Assembly (NCBI GenBank): GCA_965202585.1
Contig: OZ241827.1
Coordinates: 36,084,001 to 36,148,000, forward strand
DNA: 64,000 nt
Direction: 5' to 3'
Source: Thalia democratica
Lineage: Eukaryota
A model generated the notes under the pieces. The model saw nothing but the letters and a program-made list of their open reading frames with translations, made no database searches and was not told where the DNA came from. The position numbers and the translations under genes were made by a program. Of this stretch, positions 12,850 through 23,561 are shown piece by piece (the first letter of the stretch is position 1; the number at the start of each line of letters is the position of its first letter).

Positions 12850-13705
12850 GAAAAATTGTTATAAGGACCTGATGTACAAAAAAACTTAGTTATCATACAG
12901 ATACAGTTCAATGTCTTGTCCAGGACTTATATAAAGCAAAACTCAAAGATATTTTTAGCTGGTTTGTATGAAAATATGGATGAGATTTTAAAGTATGTTT
13001 GTGACCTAAAGTGAAGGAACATTGATTTTAGAATAAATTGGGAGGTGAAAGAAAGAGCACATCCTATAGCAGGTGGTAATAATAACCGGGTATGGAGGAT
13101 ATACTTAAAAGAGGTAACTGCCGTTGTGTATGCGTTTAAAAAAAGGGTTGCTTAAAGAAAAGAAGCAAATTTATATCTTCTTGCCGACATATAAAAAACT
13201 TTCTCTTAAAGTTTAATAAACTTTAAAAGTTTTAATTTCGAAGTTACTTAGTTGTGGTTTTCTAATTTTAGTTGTTTGTTTCGAACAAAGTTAGATTTTT
13301 GCACTGAAATGCGTCTTGTGTAAAATTTCATAATTATTTCTTTTTTTTTGTCTTTTTGTTTAATTTGTTTACTAATGTTTAATTCGAAATTAAACAGGTA
13401 AAGCTTATATGCAAAGTATATATGAAACAATTAAACTCTTTCTTTTTTTTTGAATACACATTTTGTAATAAATTGTTTAAAAGCTATTTAAGAAGGCTCA
13501 AGTGAAGTTGATATAGTTAACTTAATTTGAAATAATTTTAATATTTATGCAAACTTAGCGTGTCTTATTTTTAAAATGATTTATTTAGTGGCGTAACAAT
13601 CCTTATAGTTTTTTTGATTAATTTCATGTGCATATCATATTATCAAAAAAAAAAAACTGAGGATCTGTTCTGTCTAGCAAAACAGAGAAACAATTGCACC
13701 AGTAA
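12850..13705 (+). mobile_element. PLE fragment 1: degraded GIY-YIG 3' end plus pseudo-LTR
   Basis: Broken translation LKYVCDLK*RNIDFRINWEVKERAHPIAGG...KEVTAVVYAF...KRSKFISSCRHIK is homologous to ORF 20453-20857. Ends in a degenerate HHR at 13657. Confidence 0.8.
13657..13703 (+). ncRNA. Degenerate type I hammerhead ribozyme
   Basis: CTGAGGA-t-CTGTT..AACAG-a-GAAA-CAATTGC-A-CCAGT. Stem III palindrome is ACAATTG with U16.1 changed to C. The 5' arm of stem I is replaced by an A-run. Confidence 0.55.
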
Positions 13706-13769
13706 AATACTTGATGTTTTATTAAAACATTACCTATATATTTATTCTTTCAGGACTTTTTTATGAAAA

Positions 13770-13803
13770 CTAGGTTTCGGTCAAAGACCTCGTCAGTGCT
13801 TAA
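13770..13803 (-). ncRNA. Partial hammerhead ribozyme core
   Basis: Minus strand reads TTAAGCA-CTGACGA-GGTC-TTT-GACC-GAAA-CCTAGT. Core and helix II are intact; the 3' arm of stem I was not found. Confidence 0.5.
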
Positions 13804-14842
13804 ATAAAAATCTAAAAAGATATGTAACAGTCATTGAAAATAGTATTTAAACAACTAAATAAAAACAATTTTTACTAAAAAACAAAACAAATTGAATTTT
13901 AATCTTAAGGTTGAATTTATGGTAAAGTTTAAATTTTAGTTAAGTTTTGAAACCATTATAATGATAGAAAAAATGATAAAAACGTATATGAAGGCTTCTT
14001 TTTTCTTCTAGTGAGTTTTCAAAATAAACATAGCTTAAATAAAAATGTAGTTAATAGTAGTAAATGAGCTTTAAGTTGAGATACATTTTAATGAAGCTCA
14101 TTTTAATCGTGATGTAACTATCGAAAATTTAAAGAACTTTATGCTTGTAAAAACTACGAAAATTTGAAATTTTTCTTGAATGCATTTTATAAAAGTTTTT
14201 AGTTTTAAGAAAATAGTAAAAAAAACTTTTTAAGAGTATGCGTAAAACCTATATCACAAACAACTTAAGACTTAAGTTTTGAAGTTGAGTTTTTTGAAGT
14301 GCGGGCAGGAATAAAATGGTTCGTACCGTTTATTTAAGTTATCCCTTCTGTCGGCTTTGGCAATCGCGACTTTTTCTAGTATGCAAATACTGCAAATAAC
14401 TGTGGGTTTTTGGCTTTGCCAATATGGTGGATTATTTCCCAGTCTATTTTATAATCAATGTTGTTATTTTTAACTTTCAAGATATATTTCGATATTTCTG
14501 TGCCGTTTTCTTCGTAGTTTTCAAAATCACTAATATGGTTATACTATCTTTTTTTTGAAAGTACCACGCGTTGAGCCCAAATAGTTTTTTGATTCTTTTT
14601 CTGATCTGACTGTTGCTTTATATATGAAATTTTCAACTAAGCATTTGTTATTGAGAAGACATTTATTTTTTGTTCGAAAGTTGCAAAGTGTTTTGTTTTC
14701 TTCGTCGTTTTTGGTTTTTAAGTATTTTCGATTATGTTTTTGGATTGATTTCTTAATTTTGCTTATGCAGCTATATGAAGTTTTACAACTATTTCTATTT
14801 ATTATTTTGTTTAACTTGTGATCTTCTTTAAAATTTTTATCT

Positions 14843-15037
14843 GGTATACCATTAAAATCCACCCGCGTTCAAAATCCGACCGATTTTTTTTCTTTATTTA
14901 TTAATTTACTTTATATATTTTTTGCATATTTTTTATTTATTTTTTATTTATTTTTCACAATCACTGTTACCCCTAACCCTTACCCTCGATCAGTAAGCGG
15001 TTCTCGAATTTGACTGGGTGGATTTTGAACGTGTCCC
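14843..15037. mobile_element. Mutator-like MITE inserted in PLE fragment 2
   Basis: Same family as 30669-30803 and 34120-34254 (AAAATCCACCC / GGGTGGATTTTGAACGTGTC ends, internal TAACCCTTACCCTCGATC). Imperfect 9-bp TSD sharing TTTATCT. Confidence 0.75.
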
Positions 15038-15399
15038 GTTTATCTATTAGTTGCAGAAACGCTTTATCTATGTTGGTTCTTACTGACCGGCAGTAAGGTG
15101 GGTTGAAATAGATTGTTTTTCTTGTTCGTGTTGTTTTCTTTTTGTTTTATTGATTTGAGTATTTAAGTTTTTGTTTGAAATTTAAGTAAGTTGAAGCATT
15201 CTGCTATCTTGTTATTGATTCTTTGAAAGTTTCCTAGGTTTTTGATAGTCTGTTGAGTCTTTTTTCAATCATTTTGGGAGGTTCGTTTTGATAATGGACG
15301 GATGGTTCGAATAATTGTTAATATAGTTGGTACTTAAGTTTTTTTTTTGATATGGTTTGAATGTGTTATTAGCAGTATCTAGGGATATATCTCGGAATT

Positions 15400-15945
15400 T
15401 AAAAACAAAATAATAAATAGAAATAATTGTAAAATTTTATATAGCTGCATGAGCAATATTAAGAAATTAATCCAAAAGCATAATCGAAAACACTTAAAAA
15501 CAAAAAACGATGAAGAAAATGAAATACTTTTCAACTGTCGAACAAAAAATGAATTTTATCTCAATAAAATATGCTTAATCGAAATTTCATATATAAAGCA
15601 AGAAAAAGATCAGAAAACGAAACAAAAAAACTATTTGGGCTAAAGGGTTGGGACTTTCAAAAAAGATGGTACAACCATATCAGTGATTTTAAAAACTACA
15701 AAGAAGAAAGCCCACAATTGGGATATTATTATTATTTTTATTATTATGTTATTTTCGAAACATAACTAAAATTTAAACTTTACCATAAATTCAATCTTAA
15801 GATAAAAATTTAATGCGTTTTGTTTTTAAGTATAAATTTGTTTTTAATTAATTATTTAAATACTATTTTCCATGACTGTTACATATCTTTATAGATTTTT
15901 CATTTAAGCATTGACGAGGTCTTTGACCGAAACTTAGTGTTAACG
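15400..15945 (+). mobile_element. Inverted partial duplicate of PLE fragment 2
   Basis: ORF 15449-15643 (IQKHNRKHLKTKNDEEN) is homologous to minus-strand ORF 14539-14862. Ends in TTGACGA-GGTC-TTT-GACC-GAAA at 15911-15932, an HHR core with C3 changed to U. Confidence 0.85.
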
Positions 15946-16039
15946 TATTATTTCTCTTTTAGTAGTTGAGATCTCTTTATTTATTTTAAAAAAATCAAAA
16001 CATATAATACATCTATATATATATATATATATATATACC

Positions 16040-16430
16040 ACAGATGTTTTTGTGTCAAAACTTTATTCCGGCTAACGGCGTGTCACTAAAATTTAGCAAA
16101 AGTAGATTATGACGTAGTTTTGAAACTATCAAAAATCATGCAAAACGGCTTGTGCATGATTTTTAATAGTTTCAAAATTACGTCATAATCTACTTATGCT
16201 AAATTTTTAACTTTCAATTGTGTGTTTTGTTTTGTGCTTTATTTTGAACTTGTTTTGAAGCTGATGAATGCATAAGCACGAAACTCGAGTCCTTTAAGTT
16301 TTACATCTTGAAATAAACCTTTTTATTAATAAAGCCCTTAAGGTGGGCTCAGTGTGAAAGATTTTATCTATCAAGCTAAATAACTTAATTCTATATACAT
16401 ACAAAATAAGGTGTTATTCAAACTTGAACA
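16040..16430 (+). mobile_element. Family-A PLE pseudo-LTR with fold-back 5' end
   Basis: Roughly 54-bp inverted arms at about 16090-16206 around AAACGGCTTG. Homologous to 24300-24560. Preceded by (TA)n at 16012-16037. Confidence 0.8.
16255..16297 (+). ncRNA. Minimal type I hammerhead ribozyme, family A
   Basis: TTGAAG-CTGATGA-ATGC ATAA GCAC-GAAA-CTCGAGTC^CTTTAA, GUC cleavage site. One mismatch in helix II. Confidence 0.8.
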
Positions 16431-16520
16431 CCTTCTACTGAACCCACTTTAAGAGCTTTTAAATAATTTATTGAAAAAGTATGATTTAAAAAATACTGGT
16501 ACTTTACGATTTTAAATTAA

Positions 16521-16568
16521 GCTTGCTGATGATTAAGGCGTCTAGTCTTATGAAACATATGTACCAGT
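16521..16568 (+). ncRNA. Hammerhead ribozyme, family B, partly degenerate
   Basis: CTTG-CTGATGA-TTAAG..CTTAT-GAAA-CATATGTA^CCAG. Palindromic stem III ACATATGT, GUA site, one mismatch in stem I. Confidence 0.7.
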
Positions 16569-16619
16569 ATCTTTTAAATTGTAATTTTTCAATAAATTGT
16601 ATATATACATTTATATTAT

Positions 16620-17845
16620 AATAAAACAACTATTTTTCGAATCGTTTACTTAGTTTCAATGCTTAGCGCATGTCTTCAGAATGAAATAAAGAACAAAGCA
16701 AAATTTAAAAAAAATCACACAAAAAAACACATTGTGATGTTTCAAATAAAATTGAATAATTTTAGTTAGCCTATTTTAAAAACAACTTATGTACAAGTCA
16801 ACATATTTTTGCTTTGTTTGTTCTTGTTTTTGGATTTATTTTATTGTTATTTTTTGTTATTAATTAGTGGTTTTTGTTCTTTTAAAATACATGTTTTTTG
16901 CCAATTTTTTGCCTATTTTAGTTGCTACAGTTAGGGAAAAAGGTGGGTTAAAATAAATAATTTTTCTTTTTCTTTGCTTTTTTGTTGTTTTTTCATTTGC
17001 CTTTTGGTATGTTAAGTTGACTTTGTTATTGGTGAATTCTAGTGCTGATTGATAACTATGTTTTATACGGTTAAATGATTCTTCGTTACTTGATAAATTG
17101 TTTAGTCTTTCGTTAATAGTTATAGGTAATTGTTTTAATATTTTATTAGGGTGGTTTGATTTGTTGCTAACATAAAGGATATCCGAATTTGGTTTTCTGA
17201 ATGGGATGTATGTTTTGTTGGGTAAGTTTAGTTCGATATCTAAAAAGTCTGTTTTGATTAGGCCTGAATCCACTGTTATTTTAAAACCCCATTTGTTAAA
17301 AATTTTGTGTAATTCTTTTGTTGTGTTTTCTATGATTCTCGGCGATTTAGATTGGATGACCGCAAGGCCATCGTCTCTATATATACCGAATTCTTCTTCA
17401 TTGAATATATTATTATTTTTTTATTTCGCTTAGCATGAAAAGTCCTACCATGTCGCACACTTCGGCTCCATTGTAGGATCCTATGCTAACATTAAAAAGG
17501 TCAGAGGTGTTTATTTTTTCCCATGTTTTGTTTTCGTGAAAGATTGTAGACTTGCAGGAATGTAGTATTAACTTTTGATCGTAGTCTGTGATTGGTGTGA
17601 ATTTTTCAGCAAATTTTAACGAGTTAATTAAAGTTGTTTTTGTTATGGATGGGTAAAATATATTGATATCGAATTTTATGAATCGGGTTTTAGGGGTTAT
17701 TTCTAGTTTATTGAACCAGTTTATAGCGATGTCAGTGTTTTTCCATTGATTTAGTTTTGAGCCTATTATTGTTCTTTTATTTATTGTGTCTAGTTTAGCT
17801 TTCGTGGAATTTATTGAAAGGGGATTTGAAGGGATACAAAACTCT

Positions 17846-17848
<3 letters not shown>
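16620..17848 (-). mobile_element. PLE fragment 3: RT core with the endonuclease deleted, plus pseudo-LTR
   Basis: LNQWKNT, IKFDINIFYPSIT (RT motif A), GSYNGAEVCDMVGL, GIYRDDGL (motif C), TDFLDI and IIYFNPPFS. After KIGKK it jumps to the 3' UTR. Bounded by (TA)n at 17850-17880. Confidence 0.9.
16640..16686 (-). ncRNA. Hammerhead ribozyme, family C
   Basis: Minus strand reads TTTCATT-CTGAAGA-c-ATGC GCTAA GCAT-t-GAAA-CTAAGTA^AACGAT. Homologous to 24868-24914. Confidence 0.7.
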
Positions 17849-17883
<35 letters not shown>

Positions 17884-17904
17884 GTTTATTTAAAGATGCA
17901 AAAC

Positions 17905-17947
17905 TCAAAGGACTCGAGTTTCGTGACTATTCACTCATCAGCTTCAA
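17905..17947 (-). ncRNA. Minimal type I hammerhead ribozyme, family A
   Basis: Reverse complement reads TTGAAG-CTGATGA-GTGA ATAG TCAC-GAAA-CTCGAGTC^CTTTGA. Confidence 0.9.
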
Positions 17948-18482
17948 AACAAGTTTAAAATAAAGCACAAAACAAAATCACCAATGAAAGTTAAAAAATT
18001 TTTGCATAAATAGATTATGACGTAATTTTGAAACTATCAAAAATCATGCAAAACGGCTTGTGCAAAAACTAATTCACCAATCGACAATAAACTAGCAAAA
18101 ATTCATATAACTTCAGTGAGTAACTATATATTAGGACAGATAATTGAAAGAGATACAAAAGAAGCGAGTTTGTATCGTCTTGTAGACATATAAAAAAGTC
18201 GCTTTTAAAGTTTAACAAGTTTTAATTTAATCTTAAAATAACCTAAATTTCAAATTGCAACTTAATTTTACCTTTATCTCTTTCAATTATCTGTCCTAAT
18301 ATATAGTTACTCACTGAAGTTATATGAATTTTTGCTAGTTTATTGTCGATTGGTGAATTAGTTTTTGCACAAGCCGTTTTGCTTGATTTTTGATAGTTTC
18401 AAAATTACGTCATAATCTATTGATGCAAAAAATTTTAAACTTTCATTAGTGATTTTGTTTTGTGCTTTATTTTAAACTTGTT

Positions 18483-18525
18483 TTGAAGCTGATGAGTGAA
18501 TAGTCACGAAACTCGAGTCCTTTGA
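18483..18525 (+). ncRNA. Minimal type I hammerhead ribozyme, family A
   Basis: TTGAAG-CTGATGA-GTGA ATAG TCAC-GAAA-CTCGAGTC^CTTTGA; cleavage predicted after 18519. Confidence 0.9.
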
Positions 18526-18912
18526 GTTTTGCATCTTTAGATAAACCTTTTTAATAATAAAGCCCTCAAGGTGGGCTCAGTGTGAAAAGTTTAATTTGTT
18601 AAGTTAAATAACTTAATTCTCTATATATATATTATAGAATTAAGTTATTTAACTTAATAAATTAAATTTTTCACACTCGAAACTCGAGTCCTTTGAGTTT
18701 TGCATCTTTAAATAAACCTTTTTAATAATAAAGCCCTCAAGGTGGGCTCAGTGTGAAAAATTTAATTTATTAAGCTAAATAACTTAATTCTATATATATA
18801 TATTTATATTTATATATAGAATTAAGTTATTTAACTTAATAAATAAAATTTTTCACACTGAGCCCACCTTGAGGGCTTTATTATTAAAAAGGTTTATTTA
18901 AAGATGCAAAAC

Positions 18913-18955
18913 TCAAAGGACTCGAGTTTCGTGACTATTCACTCATCAGCTTCAA
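18913..18955 (-). ncRNA. Minimal type I hammerhead ribozyme, family A
   Basis: Identical to the 17905-17947 motif. Confidence 0.9.
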
Positions 18956-19163
18956 AACAAGTTTAAAATAAAGCACAAAACAAAATCACCAATGAAAGTT
19001 AAAAAATTTTTGCATAAAAAGATTATGACATTTATTTTGCATAAATAGATTATATATATATATATATAGAATTAAGTTATTTAACTGAATAAATTAAATT
19101 TTTTCACACTGAGCCCACCTTGAGGGCTTTATTAATAAAAAGGTTTATTTAAAGATGTAAAAC

Positions 19164-19206
19164 TCAAAGGACTCGAGTTTCGTGCCTATGCACTCATCAG
19201 CTTCAA
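19164..19206 (-). ncRNA. Minimal type I hammerhead ribozyme, family A (helix II variant)
   Basis: Helix II is GTGC ATAG GCAC, a compensatory change relative to GTGA/TCAC. Confidence 0.9.
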
Positions 19207-19279
19207 AACAAGTTTAAAATAAAGCACAATGTAAAACTTTCATTCGTGATTTTGTTTTGTGCTTTATTTTAAACTTGTT

Positions 19280-19322
19280 TTGAAGCTGATGAGTGCATAG
19301 GCCCGAAACTCGAGTCCTTTGA
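19280..19322 (+). ncRNA. Minimal type I hammerhead ribozyme, family A
   Basis: TTGAAG-CTGATGA-GTGC ATAG GCCC-GAAA-CTCGAGTC^CTTTGA. One mismatch in helix II. Confidence 0.82.
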
Positions 19323-19385
19323 GTTTTACATCTTTAAATAAACCTTTTTATTATATATATATATATAAATATATATATCATATAT

Positions 19386-20365
19386 ACACCGGTCGCAGTG
19401 AACAACCGCCTCCAGAAGATTTCTAGCAGTCAAAGCATTTTTAAGGAAACAACCCAGCAATACCAGGAAGCTATAAGAGAAAGTGGATACGATCACGAGT
19501 TAGCCTATAGCCACAAAAACGAGAAGGGTAACAACAAGAAAAGAAGGAGAAGAAATATTTTATATTTCAACGCACCATTCTGCAAAAGTGTGGCAACACG
19601 GGTTGGGAAGCGCTTCCTAGAGATTGTGGACAATAACTTTACTGAAAACCATCCATATTGTAAAGTTTTTAACAGGAAAACACTAAAAGTGTCCTACTCC
19701 TGCATGCCAAACATGAAACAACTTATAATGGCACACAATCGAAAGATGTTAGACACGCAGTACAAAGAGAGGCGAATGTGTGACTGCAAAAAACAAGAAT
19801 GCCCGGTAAATGGAAGTTGCCTAATGGAAAATATTATATTTAAAGCGACAGTCATAACTGATAACCAGACCAAGTTTTATGTAGGATCGACTGGACTATC
19901 GTTCAAGAATCGCTACACAAAGCACAAGTACAGCTTCAAACACTAAAAAACATAAAAATACGACAACTTTATCGCAGTACATTTGGAAACTAAAAAATAA
20001 CGGAGTTAATTTTAAAATTCAGTGGGAAATATTAACAAAAACAAAAAATAAATACAGTTTAAAAAACGGATGTAAATTGTGCAATGCGGAAAAAATCGAA
20101 ATTTTAAAAGTTAAAAAATCTCAATCTCTAAACAAAAGAAACGAATTACAAACTGGCTGCATACATTATCGAAAGCAATTTATCTAAAAACTCTGTTAAT
20201 AATTTTGTCTAAAATCAACTATCTATTATTACGTATTACCTAATTTTGTATAATTTTATTGCTGTACTTACAAGTTTGCTTTTCATTGAATAAAACTTGG
20301 CTGAGGACGCGTATTAAACGCAGAAACAGCTGTACCAAGCAAAAGTTTATTTTGTGTATGTTATT
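19386..20365 (+). mobile_element. PLE fragment 4 (5'-truncated: RT thumb, CxC linker, GIY-YIG, pseudo-LTR)
   Basis: ORF 19398-19946 has ILYFNAPF, VSYSCMPN, CDCKKQECPVNGSCL, IIFKAT and FYVGST. One frameshift, then KNGCKLCNAEK...LNKRNELQTGCIHYRKQFI* at about 20187. (TA)n on both sides. Confidence 0.92.
20296..20339 (+). ncRNA. Minimal type I hammerhead ribozyme, family D
   Basis: CTTGG-CTGAGGA-c-GCGT ATTAA ACGC-a-GAAA-CAGCTGTA^CCAAG. Perfect 5-bp stem I, palindromic stem III ACAGCTGT, GUA site. Confidence 0.9.
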
Positions 20366-20429
20366 TCTATATATATATATATATATATAAAATAAGGTTA
20401 ATGTTTTATATACATTAACCATTATTATA

Positions 20430-21110
20430 TATACGGTGGCTGTAAATACAATTTGAAGGGGGGCAATTGCCGGTCAGAGAACATTATTTACAAGGCAACA
20501 GTTAACTCTGACCTTGAAAAGAAGTTCTACATCGGCCTATGCTCCACTCAATTCAGATTTCGGTATGCCAACCATAAAAAATCCTTTAAAGGTGGTGTAT
20601 ACGAAAATGAAACTGAGCTTTCGAAGTATGTTTGCGGCCTTAAGCACAAAAACATTGATTTTAAATTAACTCGGGAGGTGATAAAAAGAGCACAGCCAAT
20701 AGCAGATGGTAACAACCCTGTTTGTAGGCTGTGCTTAAAAGAATCAACAGCCGTTATGTATGCGTTAAAAAAGGAAGGTTGTTTAAATAAGAGAAGCGAA
20801 TTTATATCGTCTTGTCGACATATAAAAAAGCTTCTTTTAAAACACAACAAATTTTGAAGCATTTTATAGTCAATTAACTGTTGTTTTCGTTAATTTTAGT
20901 TGTTTAATTAGTTAGAAGGTAGATCGATTTTTGTACTGAATATTTGTAATGTACAATATTACGTCATACTGTTTTTTGTTTTTTTGCATAACTTTTGTAT
21001 CTTTGTTTAGTACAGTGCTTTGTATTTTGAATTTAACTGGCTGATGATCAAAGCTTTATGAAAAATTAAAGCTTTGTGAAACATATGTTCCAGAATTTTT
21101 AAAATCGCCA
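20430..21110 (+). mobile_element. PLE fragment 5 (GIY-YIG endonuclease plus pseudo-LTR)
   Basis: ORF 20453-20857: NIIYKATV...FYIG...RYANH...CRLCLKE...LNKRSEFISSCRH (GIY-YIG with CCHH residues). Confidence 0.92.
21037..21093 (+). ncRNA. Type I hammerhead ribozyme, family B
   Basis: CTGG-CTGATGA-t-CAAAGCTTTA/TAAAGCTTTG (perfect 10-bp helix II)-t-GAAA-CATATGTT^CCAG. Palindrome ACATATGT, GUU site. Confidence 0.85.
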
Positions 21111-21114
21111 TTTG

Positions 21115-21146
<32 letters not shown>

Positions 21147-22900
21147 TTATTTATTTAATTATATAAAAACTTATGAAAAATATTACCCAATAACAGATAA
21201 AGAAATGAATTTAATTATACACTCTTGTAAAGCAATTTTAACTCATAAAAGCCAAACCTGGGAAAAAACAAATTCAGACCAACTATTTAATGTAAGTATG
21301 GGATCATTTAACGGGGCAGAAATCTGCGATTTAATAGGGTTATTTTTACTAAATGAAATCAAAAAAAGTAAGATTTTTATAGATAATGAATTCGGATTAT
21401 ATAGAGATGACGGGCTAGGGATAATAAGAAGCAAATCACCGAGATCAGCCGAAAACACCGCTAAATATTTATTTAAATTATTCAAACAAAACGGCTTTAA
21501 AATAACAATAGAATCCGGATTATTCCAAACAGACTTCTTAGATGTATCCTTCAACATATCAAACTCAAGTTACCAACCATACAACAAACCAAACTCACCA
21601 ATTTTATACGTAAACTACAACTCCAACCACCCCCGACAAATACTAAAACAACTACCCGAAACAATAAACAGAAGACTAATAAAACTATCTAATAACGAAG
21701 AATCCTTCAACAATGTAAAAAATGAATACCAAAAAGCATTAAATTCGGCCAATTATAAAAACACCTTAAAATACGATAAGACCACTTTACCAGAAAGAAA
21801 TAAAAAACAAAGAAAAAGAGACATAATATATTTCAACCCACCATTCAGTCTAAATATAAGTTCAAAAATAGGCAAACAATTCTTAAACCTGATTACTACA
21901 TCATTTGACGAAAACCACCCATTCCATAAAATATTCAACCGAAACACAATCAAAATATCTTACAGTTGCACAAATAATTTCAGAAGTAAAATAATAGCTC
22001 ACAACAACAAAATATTAAACAAAAGCAATATAGACGATAAAAGCACCATAAAAGATAAACTTTGTAATTGCCGTAAAGAACCTTGCCCTTTAAATAACGA
22101 ATGCCTAGTGTTAAATATAATTTATAAAGCAACAGTAACATCAAATAAAACAACAAAGCAATATATAGGGTCGACAGGAAATACCTTTAAACAAAGATAC
22201 AGAAACCACAAATCATCATTCAACAATATTAACAAAAGACACACAACAGAACTAGCGAATTACATATGGAACTTAAAAGATAACAATACAGACTACAAAA
22301 TTAAATGGGAAATATTAAACAGGACAAAATTAAAATTCAATACTAAATTCGGCTGCAAACTTTGTAACTTAGAAAAAATAGAAATCGAAAAATCAGATAA
22401 GAACGTAACACTAAACAAGAAAAGCGAAAGACAAAACAAATGCATCCATTATCAAAAATACTTTTTTAACAAAATTAAAACCAACTAAATATTAAAACAA
22501 AATAAAATCGCAGCGGCAAACACGAGTATTTTATAGCATTTTATAACATTTTTCCCAACAGCCTAAAAGATTTTTCTAATAGCTTAAAACATTTTTCCAA
22601 AATAACCTTTTTAAACTTTCCTAAAAAGCATAGAATAACATTTACAGCGTATTTCAAATTCAACTAATCGTACAATAAACTGTACCATTACTACGTCATA
22701 ATTACTATAAAAAATTCTAAAATCGAAATTTCTGTTCACTATTATAATAAACTACAACTCACTGAAGATCACATGAAATTTTACATTTCAATGTGTGAAA
22801 CAGCTGTTTGAATTATAGTTTTTATATAATTAAATAAATAAATATTAAGCTCCAATTTGATTTGTCGAGCACTATCGATCAGAACTTTGTATAAAACCTT
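21147..22900 (+). mobile_element. PLE fragment 6, Neptune-like, 5'-truncated, with an uninterrupted RT-to-endonuclease reading frame
   Basis: ORF 21112-22488 (the start is an artifact of the TA tract) has MGSFNGAEICDLIG, GLYRDDG, TDFLDV, YFNPPFS, CNCRKEPCPLNNECL, IIYKAT..YIGST, RYRNH, CKLC and KCIH. It is followed by a pseudo-LTR with an HHR. Confidence 0.95.
22756..22814 (+). ncRNA. Type I hammerhead ribozyme, family E
   Basis: AACTCA-CTGAAGA-t-CACAT..ATGTG-t-GAAA-CAGCTGTT^TGAATT. Palindrome ACAGCTGT, one mismatch in stem I. Confidence 0.8.
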
Positions 22901-22937
22901 TAATATATATATATATATATATGTTTAATATATGTTA

Positions 22938-22980
22938 TCAAAGGACTCGAGTTTCGTTACTATTCACTCATCAGCTTCAA
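22938..22980 (-). ncRNA. Minimal type I hammerhead ribozyme, family A
   Basis: As 17905-17947, but helix II is GTGA/TAAC (one mismatch). Confidence 0.8.
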
Positions 22981-23518
22981 AACAAGTTTAAAATAAAACA
23001 CATAACAAAATCACTAATGAAAGTAAAAAATTTTTTGCATAAATAGATTATGACGTAATTTTGAAACTATCAAAACTCATGCAAAACGGCTTGTGCAAAA
23101 ATTAATATACCAACAGACAATAAACTAGCAAAAATTCATATAACTTCAGTAAATAACTATATATTAGGACAGATAATTGAAAGAGATAAAGATAAAATTA
23201 AGATGCAAATTGAAATTTAGGTTATTTTAAGATGAAATTAAAACTTGTTAAACTTTAAAAGCGACTTTTTTATATGTCTACAAGACGATACAAACTCGCT
23301 TCTTTTGTTTAAACAACCTAAATTATCTGTCCTAATATATAGTTATTCACTGAAGTTATATGAATTTTTGCTAGTTTATTGTCTGTTGGTATATTAATTT
23401 TTGCACAAGCCGTTTTGCATGATTTTTGATAGTTTCAAAATTACGTCATAATCTATTTATGCAAAAAAATTTTTACTTTCATTAGTGATTTTGTTTTGTG
23501 CTTTATTTTAAACTTGTT

Positions 23519-23561
23519 TTGAAGCTGATGAGTGAATAGTCACGAAACTCGAGTCCTTTGA
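23519..23561 (+). ncRNA. Minimal type I hammerhead ribozyme, family A
   Basis: Consensus family-A motif; cleavage predicted after 23555. Confidence 0.9.

Larger units (their letters stand above)
13765..15390 (-). mobile_element. PLE fragment 2 (RT thumb, Cys linker, GIY-YIG, pseudo-LTR), interrupted by a MITE
   Basis: RKTIYFNPPYCRSVRTNIDKAFLQLIDK continues after the MITE as NFKEDHKLNKIINRNSCKTSYSC...KCLLNNKCLVENFIYKATV...YLGST. Partial HHR core at 13775-13796. Confidence 0.85.
17881..19350. repeat. Mosaic of family-A pseudo-LTR copies in alternating orientations
   Basis: Approximate pieces: minus 17881-18155, plus 18156-18630, minus 18635-18677, plus 18678-18790, minus 18819-19030, minus 19069-19230, plus 19240-19350. 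Several junctions fall in (TA)n tracts. Confidence 0.88.

Noticed and set aside
20548-21953. Minus-strand ORFs 20548-20862, 21243-21557 and 21753-21953
   Set aside because: Antisense shadows of PLE coding sequence.
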